Source: Candidatus Marinacidobacterales bacterium
GTDB lineage: Bacteria > Acidobacteriota > Vicinamibacteria > Marinacidobacterales > SMYC01
NCBI GenBank assembly: GCA_965224085.1
Contig: CBDCYI010000005.1
Coordinates: 128,001 to 192,000, forward strand
Length of the DNA stretch: 64,000 nt
Direction of reading: 5' to 3'
The notes beneath the pieces are model-generated. The model made no database searches and was not told the DNA's origin. It saw nothing but the letters and a program-made list of their open reading frames with translations. Position numbers and translations under genes: made by a program. This document shows, one piece after another, positions 20,255-30,973 of this stretch (its first letter is position 1; each line of letters begins with the position of its first letter).

Positions 20255-21592
20255 CTATCGTTGCTCCCGACCAACAAGCTTGAGAAAACCTTTTTCCTTT
20301 AATCCGCGCACACTCTTCATGAACTCCGGAGGCGTCATCTTCATCGACTCTCGGATCGTGCCGAGGTTGCGCCGGCCGTCGACCTGCGAAAGAAGCTGCC
20401 ACTCCGCGACAGTCAAAGCAAAGGGCTCATTGACGTTGATGTCGTTCCCTCGTTGCGGGACGAGATCGAAGGCGCCGTCTTGGGGGTCAGCGTCCTTGTC
20501 CAATCGGAGCACGCCAACGGTGATGAGACTATAAACGACGCGCCCTGCCTCGAAGATATCGGTCTTCAGCTCATCGACGATTTGACGAATGGAGCGGCGC
20601 CCGTCCACGAGGTGGATGACGGCCCAGTCGGACTTCGTCAAACGAATCGACTTGGCAGACATAGGCAACAATTTGGGTATGAGGTCGAAGTTCTTGACCT
20701 TGGACGCGATCATGTTCCACGCGTCCAACCGGCGACTCGCCTCCACGAGAAGGTGCCTGGTCGATGTCGTGATGGTCCGTTTCCTGGCGGGAGTCCCGTC
20801 CTGGAACTCGAAGCGTCCCTTTTTCCAGAGCGCGAGCTCGTAGAAGGCCTTTTCGCCGACGTGCTGGTCGTGGGTCGCGTGGACGACACCGCCCTCGTCG
20901 ACGAGTACCGTCCCTTCGTGATTCGCGTTTCGGAGCTCGACGACGCCGCTACTGCTGTGTGCCAGGACCAGCTTCATGGCATCCGGGAACGGGACGCGTT
21001 CAAGAGGTACCGATACCGCTGAATCCGAGCTCTCGGTCGGAGCCACACGAGCGTTTTTGGCCGCTTCGGATTTCGCCTTTGGCTTCGCTTCGGCTTGGGG
21101 CTCGGGCTGGGCCGTGGCGGCTCTAGCAGGAGCCACGGCGGCCTCATGGGCCACAGGTGTGGGCGCAGATGCTGGAGCGCTCTGCTCTGCCCCCATGATG
21201 GCCAGACTCGAATATTTCTTGGCGCGTTTCAGCACGGACTCGATGCGGGTCCGTAGCTCGTCGGGCTCCACGGTTTTCAGCACATAGTCGTCGGCACCGT
21301 GTCGGAACCCATGGATCCGGTGTGACATCTTTTCTAGACCGGTAAAGATGATGACAGGAATCCATTCGGTCTTGGGGTTCGTCTTCAGCCGTTCGCACGC
21401 CTCGAACCCGTTCATCTCGGGCATCTCAAGATCCAACAAGACGAGATTGGGTGGATCGGACTCGACTCTTTCGAGCGCGATTCTGCCGTTCTTGGCCGCA
21501 TCCACGACGAACCCCCAGCTGGAAAGGAAGTGGGTGATCATCGCCCGGTTGTCGGGGTCGTCGTCGACGACCAGAATGCGGTCTTTTCCCAT
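20255..21592 (-). CDS. Response regulator with DUF4388 domain
   Basis: ILVVDDD...LLDLEMP...DYVLK receiver; Ala/Pro linker; SSGVVEL...WKKGRFEF region. Confidence 0.85.
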   Translation of the reverse strand: MGKDRILVVDDDPDNRAMITHFLSSWGFVVDAAKNGRIALERVESDPPNLVLLDLEMPEMNGFEACERLKTNPKTEWIPVIIFTGLEKMSHRIHGFRHGADDYVLKTVEPDELRTRIESVLKRAKKYSSLAIMGAEQSAPASAPTPVAHEAAVAPARAATAQPEPQAEAKPKAKSEAAKNARVAPTESSDSAVSVPLERVPFPDAMKLVLAHSSSGVVELRNANHEGTVLVDEGGVVHATHDQHVGEKAFYELALWKKGRFEFQDGTPARKRTITTSTRHLLVEASRRLDAWNMIASKVKNFDLIPKLLPMSAKSIRLTKSDWAVIHLVDGRRSIRQIVDELKTDIFEAGRVVYSLITVGVLRLDKDADPQDGAFDLVPQRGNDINVNEPFALTVAEWQLLSQVDGRRNLGTIRESMKMTPPEFMKSVRGLKEKGFLKLVGREQR

Positions 21593-21623
21593 GTTTTTGA
21601 CTGTGCGGAAGCGTTTGCCCTCA

Positions 21624-21632
21624 ATTGTAGCA
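21624..21632 (-). promoter_or_regulatory. Extended -10 promoter element
   Basis: Minus strand TGCTACAAT about 30 bp upstream of the 21592 start. Confidence 0.45.
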
Positions 21633-21734
21633 ACTCGGTGCGAAAAAGGGCAGGGAGATGTATCGTAAAGACCTGCCGAGACGCGCCTTATGGGCGCACT
21701 TGGGATAGGATGCGCCAAGCCCGAGGTTTTCTAG

Positions 21735-23168
21735 ATGGCCTTTATCGTTCTCGCTTTGTCTGTTGTTTTCATCATTTTGGCTATCGTCGTTGTCGATCTC
21801 CATCCTTGCTTGGCTCTCGTGCTCGCTTCCGTGCTCGTGGGCGTTGTCTCCCCACGCCCCTTGATGGAGGCGGAGCTCGAGCGCGCCGAACGCCGCCACC
21901 GCGACCTCGCACCGGAAGAGCTCGAGGGTGTACGTTCCGAGATTCTCGCCGGCAAAGATTTGCCGCAACCGGTCTTGGCTCTGGAGCTCACGGCAGAAGG
22001 ATTCGGCGCGACGGCGGCGAGCATCGGGATCGTCATAGTCCTGGCCGCTGTGATCGGGCAGTGCCTCATTGGAAGCGGTGCGGCCGATCGTATCGTTTCT
22101 GCGATGCTCGCTCTTTTTGGCGAGCGCCGCGCGGGAGCAGCGCTCATGGGCAGTGGCTACGTCCTGTCGATTCCGGTCTTCTTCGACACCGTGTTCCTTT
22201 TGCTCGTGCCGCTCGCGCGCTCGCTCAGACGGCGCACCGGCGGGCACTACGTTCTCTATGTGATGGCGATGAGCGCGGGTGCGTCCATCACGCACTCGCT
22301 CGTGCCGCCCACACCCGGCCCGCTCGTGATGGCCGAGACGCTCGGCCTCGATTTGGGAACGGCCATCATCGGTGGCCTTTTCTTGAGCATTCCCCCGGCA
22401 GTGGTTGTACTGTTCGTCTCCCATCGCGTCGATAAAACGCTGACGCCCTCCAATCTCGACAAGGGGATTTCTGATCCGGCGGGTCTCGAACCGGTTTTGC
22501 CGGGGCTTTGGGTGTCGGTGTTGCCCGTTCTGCTCCCCGTGGTGTTGATCTCCGGTCATAGCATCGTGGGCCTACTGGGGTGGAGTGAGCTTTTGGCCTG
22601 GACCGCGTTTTTCGGCAACAAGAACTTCGCTCTTCTTGCGGCCGCTTTCATCGCCGCGTGGGTGCTCAAGCGGCAAAGAGACTTGACGCTTCGACAGCTC
22701 AGCGAATTGCTCGAGCCTGCGATCGTGAGCGCGGGCGTCATCATTCTTATTACGAGCGCCGGTGGTGCTTTCGGCGGCATGTTGTCGCGTATCGGCATCG
22801 AGACGATTCTGCGTGACTGGTCCGTCGGGGGTGGCGGCGCGACGTATTTATGGCTCGCCTTCGCCGTCGCCTCGGTGATGAAGATCGCTCAAGGGTCGGG
22901 AACGGTTTCCATGATCACGACGGCAGCCTTGATGACAGCCGTGTTGCCGGAGAGCTTGCCGTACCACCGTTTCTACGTCTACGCCACCATCGGATTCGGC
23001 TCCGGCATCCTTTCGTGGATGAACGATAGCGGGTTCTGGGTCGTTTGTAAGATGAGCGGTCTCACGGAGACGGAGACGCTCCGCACTTGGTCTCTCGCCC
23101 TCGTCGTCATCGGGGTGACCGGACTTTTGGAGGTGCTCGTTCTGAGCACCATTCTTCCACTGGTCTAA
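21735..23168 (+). CDS. GntP family permease
   Basis: SGAADRIV, IPVFFDTVF, HSLVPPTPGP, AQGSGTVSMIT, WMNDSGFW. Confidence 0.9.
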   Translation: MAFIVLALSVVFIILAIVVVDLHPCLALVLASVLVGVVSPRPLMEAELERAERRHRDLAPEELEGVRSEILAGKDLPQPVLALELTAEGFGATAASIGIVIVLAAVIGQCLIGSGAADRIVSAMLALFGERRAGAALMGSGYVLSIPVFFDTVFLLLVPLARSLRRRTGGHYVLYVMAMSAGASITHSLVPPTPGPLVMAETLGLDLGTAIIGGLFLSIPPAVVVLFVSHRVDKTLTPSNLDKGISDPAGLEPVLPGLWVSVLPVLLPVVLISGHSIVGLLGWSELLAWTAFFGNKNFALLAAAFIAAWVLKRQRDLTLRQLSELLEPAIVSAGVIILITSAGGAFGGMLSRIGIETILRDWSVGGGGATYLWLAFAVASVMKIAQGSGTVSMITTAALMTAVLPESLPYHRFYVYATIGFGSGILSWMNDSGFWVVCKMSGLTETETLRTWSLALVVIGVTGLLEVLVLSTILPLV

Positions 23169-23241
23169 AGGCGGCGTTTGTCATATGCCGTCAGCCTAGA
23201 TAACATCCTTCGCGGCGAGGGGTTTCGTTAGGAGTCGTGTC

Positions 23242-26200
23242 ATGAAGAAAATAGCGATGGCTTTGGCTGCCTTGGGGTTCGTTCCGACCGCGATGGCCGA
23301 GTATCCCACCAATTTGTTCTCAGGCCTCGAGTACCGGATGGTGGGCCCGTCCCGCGGCGGACGCGTCACCGCCGTGGCCGGGCATCGTGCGCAGCCGTCG
23401 ACGTTCTACATGGGCACGGTCGGCGGCGGTGTCTGGAAGACCGAGGACAATGGGATCCATTGGCATCCCATCTCCGATGGTTACCTCGCCACGGGCTCGA
23501 TCGGCGCGATCCGGGTTGCGGATTCGAACGCTAACATTATTTATGTAAGCACCGGCTCGGACGGATTGCGCAGCAACGTCATCATCGGCAAAGGCGTTTA
23601 CAAATCCACCGATGCGGGCGAGACGTGGACGCATGTGGGCCTCGAGAAGACGGGCAATAGCGGTGCCGTTCTCATCCACCCCGAGGACTACAACCTCGTC
23701 TATGTAGCGGCCATCGGCAACCCGTTCGCTGCGAACCCCGAGCGCGGTGTCTATCGCTCGAAAGACGGCGGCGAGAGCTGGGAGCAAGTCCTCTACGTCT
23801 CGGACGAGACAGGTGCTGTCGACCTGGAGTTCGCTCCCGACAACCCGAACGAGATATATGTCTCCATGTGGCGCGCCGAGCGCAAACCATGGACCATCAT
23901 CAGCGGTGGGCACGAAGGCGGTGTTTACAAGACGGATGATGGCGGCGATAGTTGGGAGCATTTAACGACCGGCTTGCCCAATGGGCTTCGCGGCAAATCG
24001 GACCTAGCGGTTTCCGCGGCGGATCCCAACCGTGTCTATGTGCTCATCGAAGCGCCGGGACAACAGGGCGGTGTCTACCGCTCCGATAATCGCGGCGTCG
24101 GCTGGCGTCAAGTGTCGGACTTCCAACCCATTCGGAACCGGCCTTTCTACTACTGCAACCTCGAAGCGCATCCGAAGACCCCGGACATCATTTGGGGAAT
24201 GGCGGAGGGCTATTTCAAGTCCGAGGACGCGGGCGCCACGTGGACCCGCCAATCCGTTCCCCACGGAGACAACCACGATATGTGGATCAATCCGGACAAC
24301 CCGGATATCTTCGTCCAGTCGAATGACGGCGGAGCGAACGTCACGCTCGACGGTGGCAAGACGTGGTCCACGCAGCACAACCAGCCCACGGCGGAGCTCT
24401 ATCAAGTAGATATCAGCGACGAGTTTCCCTACCGTCTCTACGCTGGCCAGCAGGACAATTCGACGATTTCGGTTCCGAGCCTACCGCCCCGGAGCATGCC
24501 CGGCGGCCATACGGCGCTCTGGGAAGCGCAAGGAGGCTGCGAGACCGGCCCCGCCGTGCCGAAACCGGGAGATCCGTCCATCGTCTACGCGGATTGCAAA
24601 GGCCGATTCGGGATGTTCAATCGTCGTACCGGTCAGGAGCAACATTATTATGTAGGCTTCTGGAACATCTACGGGCACAACCCGAAAGACCTTCAGTATC
24701 GGTTCCAGCGGGTGGCGCCTATCCACGTGTCGCCGCACAATCCGGATCGGGTGTACCACACTTCGCAATATGTCCACGTGACCGAGAACGGCGGGCGCGT
24801 CTGGCAGACCATTTCTCCGGATCTCACCGCGTTCACATCGGAGACGCAAGTTGTCTCCGGCGATCCGATCACGATCGACGTGACCGGTGAGGAGCACTTC
24901 GCGGTGATTTACGAGATTCAAGAATCCCCGCAAGAAAAAGGGGTCATTTGGGTTGGCGCCAACGATGGACCGATCCATCTCACGCGAGACAACGGTGAGA
25001 ACTGGAAGGACGTCACGCCTCCCGGGATCGGGCCGTACGGACGCGTGCAGAATATCGAGGTGTCACCGCACATGCCGTCTAAAGCCTATGCGGCGATCCT
25101 TCGTTACCAAGTGGGCGATTTCGAGCCCCACGTTTACAAGACCGAGAATTACGGTGAGAGTTGGAAGCGCATCACGACAGGAGATAACGGCATTCCTAGC
25201 GACCATCCCGTCCGTGTCGTGCGCGAGGATCCCGACCGCGCCGGGCTTCTCTATGCCGGCACCGAGTTCGGGATGTTCATCTCTTTCGACGACGGCGTGA
25301 GCTGGCAGGCGTTTCAGTTGAATTTACCGGTCACGCCGGTAACGGACTTGAAAATCGTCGACAAAGACCTCGTCATGTCCACGATGGGACGAAGCTTTTG
25401 GATCCTTTACGATTTGACACCGTTGCACGAGATCGACGAGCGCGTCGCCTCTGCCGACGCGCACCTTTTCGCGGTCAAAGATCCTTATCGGCTTCGGATG
25501 CCTCGTCGCGCGAATCGCTCGGCGATGTCTCCCGACGAGCCTCAATATCCCGAAGCTGGCGCCAGCATTGACTACTACCTCGCGAGCGAGCCGACGGGAG
25601 AGATCGAGCTCGAGATTCTCGATGGTGAGGGCCAGGTCGTACGCAGCTTCTCGAGCGACGCCAGCGGTGAGACCAACGTCTTGCCGGAGGAAGCGAGCAT
25701 GCGCGAATGGCGGCTCGAACGCGTGGGCACACCCAAGCTCGACAGGAGCGCGGGCATGCACCGATTCAATTGGGATCTGCGCTATCCGGGGCCGTGGCAT
25801 GAGGATGCCTCGACGTCCGGACGCCGGGGCCCGATGGCCGCGCCCGGCACCTATCAGGCGCGTCTCAAAGTCGGTGACTGGACCGAGACGGTCTCTTTCG
25901 AAGCCCGCATGGATCCCCGAATAGTGAGAGAAGGCTACGTATCCGCGGAAGATGTCACCGGCCAGGTGAGCTTGGCGCTGAAGGCACGCGATGCACTCAG
26001 TCGAGCTCGGCTCGCGGCTTCGAGACTCGACAAAGCACTCGAGAGCGCGGCGGACGGGCAGAAAGCCGCTCTCGAGCAAATCGACGAAGATCTCATCACG
26101 GTATCTCGGCGGTATTCGCAGCCGATGCTCGTGGATCAGATTTCCTACTTGTATCAGAACCTGGACCGCGCCGATCAGCGCGTAGGACGCGATGCTGTCG

Positions 26201-26286
26201 AGCGCTACGAGAGCCTCGCCTCTCAGCTCGAAGAGCAGATCGGAAAGCTCGACGAGATCTTGGGCGCAACCGAAGAGGATCGTTAG
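23242..26286 (+). CDS. Secreted BNR/sortilin-like repeat glycosyl hydrolase-like protein
   Basis: Signal peptide; GPSRGGRVTAV, repeated SxDxGxxW Asp-boxes, HGDNHDMW. Confidence 0.9.
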   Translation: MKKIAMALAALGFVPTAMAEYPTNLFSGLEYRMVGPSRGGRVTAVAGHRAQPSTFYMGTVGGGVWKTEDNGIHWHPISDGYLATGSIGAIRVADSNANIIYVSTGSDGLRSNVIIGKGVYKSTDAGETWTHVGLEKTGNSGAVLIHPEDYNLVYVAAIGNPFAANPERGVYRSKDGGESWEQVLYVSDETGAVDLEFAPDNPNEIYVSMWRAERKPWTIISGGHEGGVYKTDDGGDSWEHLTTGLPNGLRGKSDLAVSAADPNRVYVLIEAPGQQGGVYRSDNRGVGWRQVSDFQPIRNRPFYYCNLEAHPKTPDIIWGMAEGYFKSEDAGATWTRQSVPHGDNHDMWINPDNPDIFVQSNDGGANVTLDGGKTWSTQHNQPTAELYQVDISDEFPYRLYAGQQDNSTISVPSLPPRSMPGGHTALWEAQGGCETGPAVPKPGDPSIVYADCKGRFGMFNRRTGQEQHYYVGFWNIYGHNPKDLQYRFQRVAPIHVSPHNPDRVYHTSQYVHVTENGGRVWQTISPDLTAFTSETQVVSGDPITIDVTGEEHFAVIYEIQESPQEKGVIWVGANDGPIHLTRDNGENWKDVTPPGIGPYGRVQNIEVSPHMPSKAYAAILRYQVGDFEPHVYKTENYGESWKRITTGDNGIPSDHPVRVVREDPDRAGLLYAGTEFGMFISFDDGVSWQAFQLNLPVTPVTDLKIVDKDLVMSTMGRSFWILYDLTPLHEIDERVASADAHLFAVKDPYRLRMPRRANRSAMSPDEPQYPEAGASIDYYLASEPTGEIELEILDGEGQVVRSFSSDASGETNVLPEEASMREWRLERVGTPKLDRSAGMHRFNWDLRYPGPWHEDASTSGRRGPMAAPGTYQARLKVGDWTETVSFEARMDPRIVREGYVSAEDVTGQVSLALKARDALSRARLAASRLDKALESAADGQKAALEQIDEDLITVSRRYSQPMLVDQISYLYQNLDRADQRVGRDAVERYESLASQLEEQIGKLDEILGATEEDR

Positions 26287-26575
26287 CGCGTCGGAACGAG
26301 CCGTTCGAGCTCAGGGACCCAGTCGTGGATGACTTGAATCTTGTTCGTCTTTGAGCGTGGCTAGCCAGCTAATACGACCGCACTAGCGCATCAGCTCACC
26401 GTTGCCACGCGGAATCGGAGCGACTTCGAGAAAGCTGGAGTCGATTCGTTAGCCCCCTTTTCTTAGAGCGTCGCTCGAGAGCGTGAGCCCGTCGAGCGAT
26501 GAGTTCCCTCAGTGGGAAGAATCTTGATCGCTGCGAGCCGGCCGAGCCTAGTCTCCCGGGCAACTTGCACTTCAG
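26283..26575 (-). pseudogene. Fragments of a Ser/Thr kinase-PD40 gene (5' piece about 26500-26575, 3' end 26283-26350)
   Basis: EVQVARETRLGRLAAIKILP (kinase subdomains I-II) and KIQVIHDWVPELERLVPTR* (typical C-terminus). Confidence 0.55.
26371..26467 (+). pseudogene. VapC/PIN toxin C-terminal fragment
   Basis: TALAHQLTVATRNRSDFEKAGV. Confidence 0.6.
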
Positions 26576-26581
26576 ACTCTC

Positions 26582-26848
26582 GTGGTGTCTTATCGAAACA
26601 CCGACGTTTCGCACGCCAACCGCTACGAAAATCTGCTCACGGAGAGTCGAGGCCTGCAGGTGATCGAGATCGACCGTCCTCTACTGCGCCATGCCGCGCA
26701 GCTTCGTGCCGTGTCGGGCGTCAAGACCCCCGACGCCCTTCAACTCGCCGCCGGGATGATCGCCGGGTGTAAGGTGTTTCTCACTCATGATCGCGATCTT
26801 CCCTCCATAGGAGGGTTGGACGTGCTGCAAAAAGGACGCTACTTGTAG
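26582..26848 (+). pseudogene. VapC/PIN toxin, 5'-truncated
   Basis: AAQLRAVSGVKTPDALQLAAG...FLTHDRDL; lacks the N-terminal DT motif. Confidence 0.7.
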
Positions 26849-26878
26849 AACTGTTCCATCTAGCGAATCCTCACCTCA

Positions 26879-27463
26879 TTACGACGCACTCTCGGGAGGA
26901 CCCTCCCAGCGCGCGAACAAATCCTTGCCCAGCTCGATGTCGAGCACGTCGAGGACGCGATTGACGGTTTGATTGATGATGTCGTCGATCGTTTTCGGGC
27001 GATGGTAGAAAGCGGGCATCGGGGGCATCAAGATCGCACCCATCTCCGTAACTTGCGCCATCAGACGGAGGTGTCCGAGGTGAAGCGGTGTCTCGCGGAC
27101 GACGAGAACGAGCTTGCGGCGATCCTTCAAAGCCACGTCGGCGGCACGCAACAAGAGATTGTCACTATACGCGTTAGCGACACCGGACAGCGTCTTCATG
27201 GCGCAAGGGATGACCACCATCCCGGTCGTCTTGTAGGAGCCCGAAGACAGCGACGCGGCAATATCGCCGAAGCTGTGGACTTCGCTGGCTAGTGCCTCCA
27301 CTTCGCTCACCCCGAGGTCGGTTTCGAGGACGATCGTTTTTTTCGCCGCGGGACTCATCACTAGGTGTGTCTCGACGCCTTCCACCTCCTGCAGCACCTC
27401 GAGCATGCGAACGCCATAGATGACGCCGCTGGCGCCGGACATACCGATAATCAACCGTTTCAA
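26879..27463 (-). CDS. ubiX: Flavin prenyltransferase
   Basis: IGMSGASG, SSGS, PCAMKTL, RAADVALKDRR, RETPL, PPMPAFY. Confidence 0.95.
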   Translation of the reverse strand: MKRLIIGMSGASGVIYGVRMLEVLQEVEGVETHLVMSPAAKKTIVLETDLGVSEVEALASEVHSFGDIAASLSSGSYKTTGMVVIPCAMKTLSGVANAYSDNLLLRAADVALKDRRKLVLVVRETPLHLGHLRLMAQVTEMGAILMPPMPAFYHRPKTIDDIINQTVNRVLDVLDIELGKDLFARWEGPPESAS

Positions 27464-27658
27464 ATCGCAATCTCCTCACGGTGTCCGAGCTTCACCGAAT
27501 TGTCGATGAAGAACATGCGCTCCGGCGTCACTTCGTACCAAGCGATCTTAACTCGCGTAGATACGGCCGCGACCCCACACGCCTTCCGCTCCATGGGTGG
27601 CGAGCGTCATCAGGGTATGGCCCTCCACGTAAGCCGCGGCCCGGTCTTCTCGTCTCAA
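27460..27658 (-). pseudogene. Pyridoxamine-5'-phosphate-oxidase-like (YhbP-type) remnant with central deletion
   Basis: N-terminal YVEGHTLMTLATHGAEGVW joined to C-terminal IAWYEVTPERMFFIDNSVKLGHREEIAI*; the stop overlaps the ubiX start. Confidence 0.65.
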
Positions 27659-27785
27659 CGCGTTTGCTAGGTTCGAGCGACATGAACGACGATCTTAGGA
27701 CGACGCCGGACTGTGAGCAACCGCATAGATCCTCGAAAAGGGATTTGGAAGCGGTCGGTTCACTTTACTCGAAGCGTTCCGCGAA

Positions 27786-29638
27786 CTAGTCATGACGATG
27801 AGACGCGAGCTCGCGCGCAAAGACCGTTTTGCGATCGTGATGCCCGTCGAGTTCGTTCGCCGAAAAACTTTGAGACGTTAGATTTTCGATCTATCGAAAT
27901 CTGAACAGGTACTCCGCCGTTCTGTTTCGCAGCTGGAATCGGCGTTCGACCGTCAATCGAGGTGTCGCGCGCGCGAGCGTGCGCTCGGAGTGATTCGGCG
28001 ATGGTCGTACCCGTGACGCCCGAGTCTCGTTGAGCAACGTCTGCGCGTCGACGATACTGTAGTTCGACGGTGTCCCCGGAGACCAGCCCTAAATGCGAAA
28101 AACAATCATTCCACAACCAAGCCTATGCGAGCCCTGGCTGGAGGTGGAGCACGCGCGCGAACTCGAAGCGATATCATCGCTGCTCGATGCCCATCCTAAG
28201 CTCAATGAGCTGGTACTGCAAGACCTGAGGTCGGTCACCCCATCGGCAGGGAGCGATGTTGGTCGTGGGGGAATGAGCGCGGAGCAGGTTCTCCGGGCGT
28301 TGTTGGTCAAGCAGCTGAATCAGTTCACCTATCGGGAGCTGGCGTTTCACTTGGCAGACTCTCGAAGCTATCGGACGTTTTGCCAGCTCGGCATCATAGA
28401 GCCGAGCCCGTCGAAGTCGACCCTAGCAGCAAACATCAAAGCCGTGAAGTTCGAAACGCTGGAGAAAATCAACCGAGAGTTGGTGAGTGTTGCCGAGAAG
28501 ACCGCGATCGAAAAAGGAAGAAAAGTACGAGTGGACTGCACGGTAGTGGAGTCGAATATTCATTCTCCTACGGACTCCGAGCTTCTTTATGACTGCGTCC
28601 GAGTTCTCACTCGCCTCATGTGCCGAACTCGCGAACTGCTGGGTACAGTAGTGGTCTTCGGCAATCGAACGCGTCGAGCGAAGAGACGTCGACTGGGAGT
28701 TCTAAACGCGAAGGATAAGGAACAAAGGCGTCGCGTCTATCGAGATCTACTGAAGGTGTCGGAAGAAACCTATCGCTCCGCTCAACGCGTTGCAGACCAG
28801 TTGGACGAGTCCGGCTTGACCGAGCCGGTGAAGCGAGCGAGTGCGGAGAAGATCGCCGCGGATTTTAAGCACTTTCTCGTCCTCACCGAAAAAGTCATCA
28901 ACCAAACTCGGCGTAGAGTGATTGATGAAGAGCGTGTGCCTGCGGAGGAAAAGGTCGTTTCGATCTTCGAAGAACACACCGACATTATTCGCAAAGACCG
29001 GCGCGAGACTCTCTACGGTCACAAGGTGTGTTTGACTGGTGGCTCGTCCTCGATGATTTTGGATTGCGTGATCTTGGATGGGAATCCGTCCGATTCAACT
29101 CTCGCGGAAACCATGATCGACCGTCAAGTCGAACTCTACGAACGGGCCCCGCGCCAGGTTGCCTACGATGGCGCGTTTTCTTCAAAGGCAAACTTGGAAG
29201 CCATCAAAGGCAAGGGAGTTGAAGATGTTGCCTTTACCAAGGCTCACTTCGCGGTGACCGATATGGTCAAGAGTTCCTGGGTCTATCAACGCCTACGGCG
29301 ATTTCGCTGCGGAATCGAAGGCGTCATTTCGTTCTTGAAACGAGTCTTTGGTCTCGACCGATGCACATGGCGCTCATTGCCTTCTTTCAAATCCTACGTA
29401 TGGAGTTCCATCATCACCTGCAACCTGTTGGTAATGGCAAGGCACCTATTACGATAATAATGATTGCTCTTACTGCGTTTATAGCCATGGATTGCTGACG
29501 ATTCGCCTCTCGTTTCGTCCAAGATTTTCATTCGCTTCCGAGCCTACGAGGTGCCGACTGAAAACGTATAATACCCACATCTTCGATAGGCCTCTCGTAC
29601 ACCACAAGTTATGGTGTTTCTGGACAGGTACTAGCTAG
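27786..29638 (+). mobile_element. Insertion sequence (ISNCY/IS5-like); right end clear, left end uncertain
   Basis: Lower-GC segment around a transposase; right end GTTTCTGGACAGGTA-CTAG-CTAG; CTAG at 27786 with only a degenerate inverted match. Confidence 0.55.
28093..29457 (+). CDS. DDE transposase (ISNCY/IS5-like)
   Basis: GRGGMSAEQVLR, RVDCTVVE, YGHKV, AYDGAF, RCGIEGVIS; 454 aa, intact. Confidence 0.92.
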   Translation: MRKTIIPQPSLCEPWLEVEHARELEAISSLLDAHPKLNELVLQDLRSVTPSAGSDVGRGGMSAEQVLRALLVKQLNQFTYRELAFHLADSRSYRTFCQLGIIEPSPSKSTLAANIKAVKFETLEKINRELVSVAEKTAIEKGRKVRVDCTVVESNIHSPTDSELLYDCVRVLTRLMCRTRELLGTVVVFGNRTRRAKRRRLGVLNAKDKEQRRRVYRDLLKVSEETYRSAQRVADQLDESGLTEPVKRASAEKIAADFKHFLVLTEKVINQTRRRVIDEERVPAEEKVVSIFEEHTDIIRKDRRETLYGHKVCLTGGSSSMILDCVILDGNPSDSTLAETMIDRQVELYERAPRQVAYDGAFSSKANLEAIKGKGVEDVAFTKAHFAVTDMVKSSWVYQRLRRFRCGIEGVISFLKRVFGLDRCTWRSLPSFKSYVWSSIITCNLLVMARHLLR

Positions 29639-29700
29639 CGGCTCTGACTTTTTTCGAATCGAGCCAGGTGTCGTGAGAGGTGGGTTGGATTAGGCGGAGC

Positions 29701-29976
29701 TCAGTAGCGTCGACCGCCGCCGCCGCCGTCACGATTCTTTGGCCGCGCCTCATTGACGACGAGCGTGCGTCCATCGAACTCATGCTTGTTCAGCGAATCG
29801 ATCGCTGCCGTTGCGTGATCTTTCTCGACCATGGAGACGAAGCCGAAGCCGCGAGAGCGTCCGGTGTCCCGGTCGGTGATGATGCGGACTTCTTCCACGT
29901 CGCCGTGCTCTGCGAAGAGGTCCCTTAATGCGCTCTCAGAAGTGTTGAAACTTAGGTTACCCACGTAAATCTTCAA
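29701..29976 (-). CDS. RRM RNA-binding protein
   Basis: RNP2 IYVGNL, RNP1 RGFGFVSM, Gly-rich tail; TTG start after GGAGG. Confidence 0.92.
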   Translation of the reverse strand: MKIYVGNLSFNTSESALRDLFAEHGDVEEVRIITDRDTGRSRGFGFVSMVEKDHATAAIDSLNKHEFDGRTLVVNEARPKNRDGGGGGRRY

Positions 29977-30093
29977 CGCTACTTCCTCCAGCCTGTGACC
30001 CGATGAGACCTGGAGCCAATCCAGGGGCACAGGGCAAGGCTCATCCAAAAACGCGGCCAGTATACACCATTTCCCGCCGCCGTTAGTCGAGCG

Positions 30094-30892
30094 CTAGTCG
30101 TGCCGGAGGGCGCGAAGAGGATTCACACGCGTGGCCGTGAGTGCCACCAAGTTCGTGTCGAACACCGCGACATCGGCCAACTGAGAATACCCGTGAGACG
30201 GCCGCTTGCGTCCTTGGCGATCTCGCCGTCAGGAGGGGAAGGCGTGCTCTCATCGATGCCGGCAGCCTCGAGCGCAAGACTATTGGCAAGATGCATGCTG
30301 CGGTCGAAACGGCTGACAAGAACGGGATGATCGGCCGTGACCGCGTCGATCAAACTACGATTCGGCGTGAACGGGCCATCCTGAGCTGGTCCTGGCGGAT
30401 TCTCGCCGCTCGATCCCTCCCCCAATGATCGTAGGCGCCCTACATCCCGCGCGCAATCCAGCTACCCTCGGGGAGTCTGGATGCGGTCTCTTGAATCCGC
30501 TTCTTGAAACCATCCGCGGTGTGAACGTCGAGGAGGTTCACGCCGGTCAAGAGCCTGCCGGTGCTCTCCACATGGACATGGGAATCATTGAAGCCGGGCG
30601 AGACGAAGGCGTCGCCGGCATCGATCGCGCGCGTGTCCGGGCCTTTATACTTCTCGATCTCCGCGTTCGTACCGACAGCGAGAATCCACTCGCCACGGAT
30701 GGCCAGGCCCTCGGCCCAGGGTTGGCCCTCGTCGAGCGTGTATACGCGGCCGTTGACGATTACGAGATCGGCGACCTCTTGGGCTCCGTCCGCCGGAGCG
30801 AAGAGGAAGACTGCAAGAATCGATGCGACGGCGAGCGTTATCATGTTTGGTTGCCTCCCGAGGGCGCGTAGTTTATCAGTGATCAGCGACAT
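30094..30892 (-). pseudogene. Amidohydrolase_3 (YtcJ-like) remnant with deletions, ending in an ABC-permease C-terminus
   Basis: NGRVYT, PGFNDSHVH, ANSLALEAAGI...GRLTGIL, LADVAVFD, then ATRVNPLRALRHD*. Confidence 0.8.
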
Positions 30893-30973
30893 GCGGATGT
30901 CACCAGCTGCCGGTTGGTCTCCGGCGTGCCGTTGAGCCAGAATAGGGCCGCGTGAGGGGCGAGAGGAGCAAAA

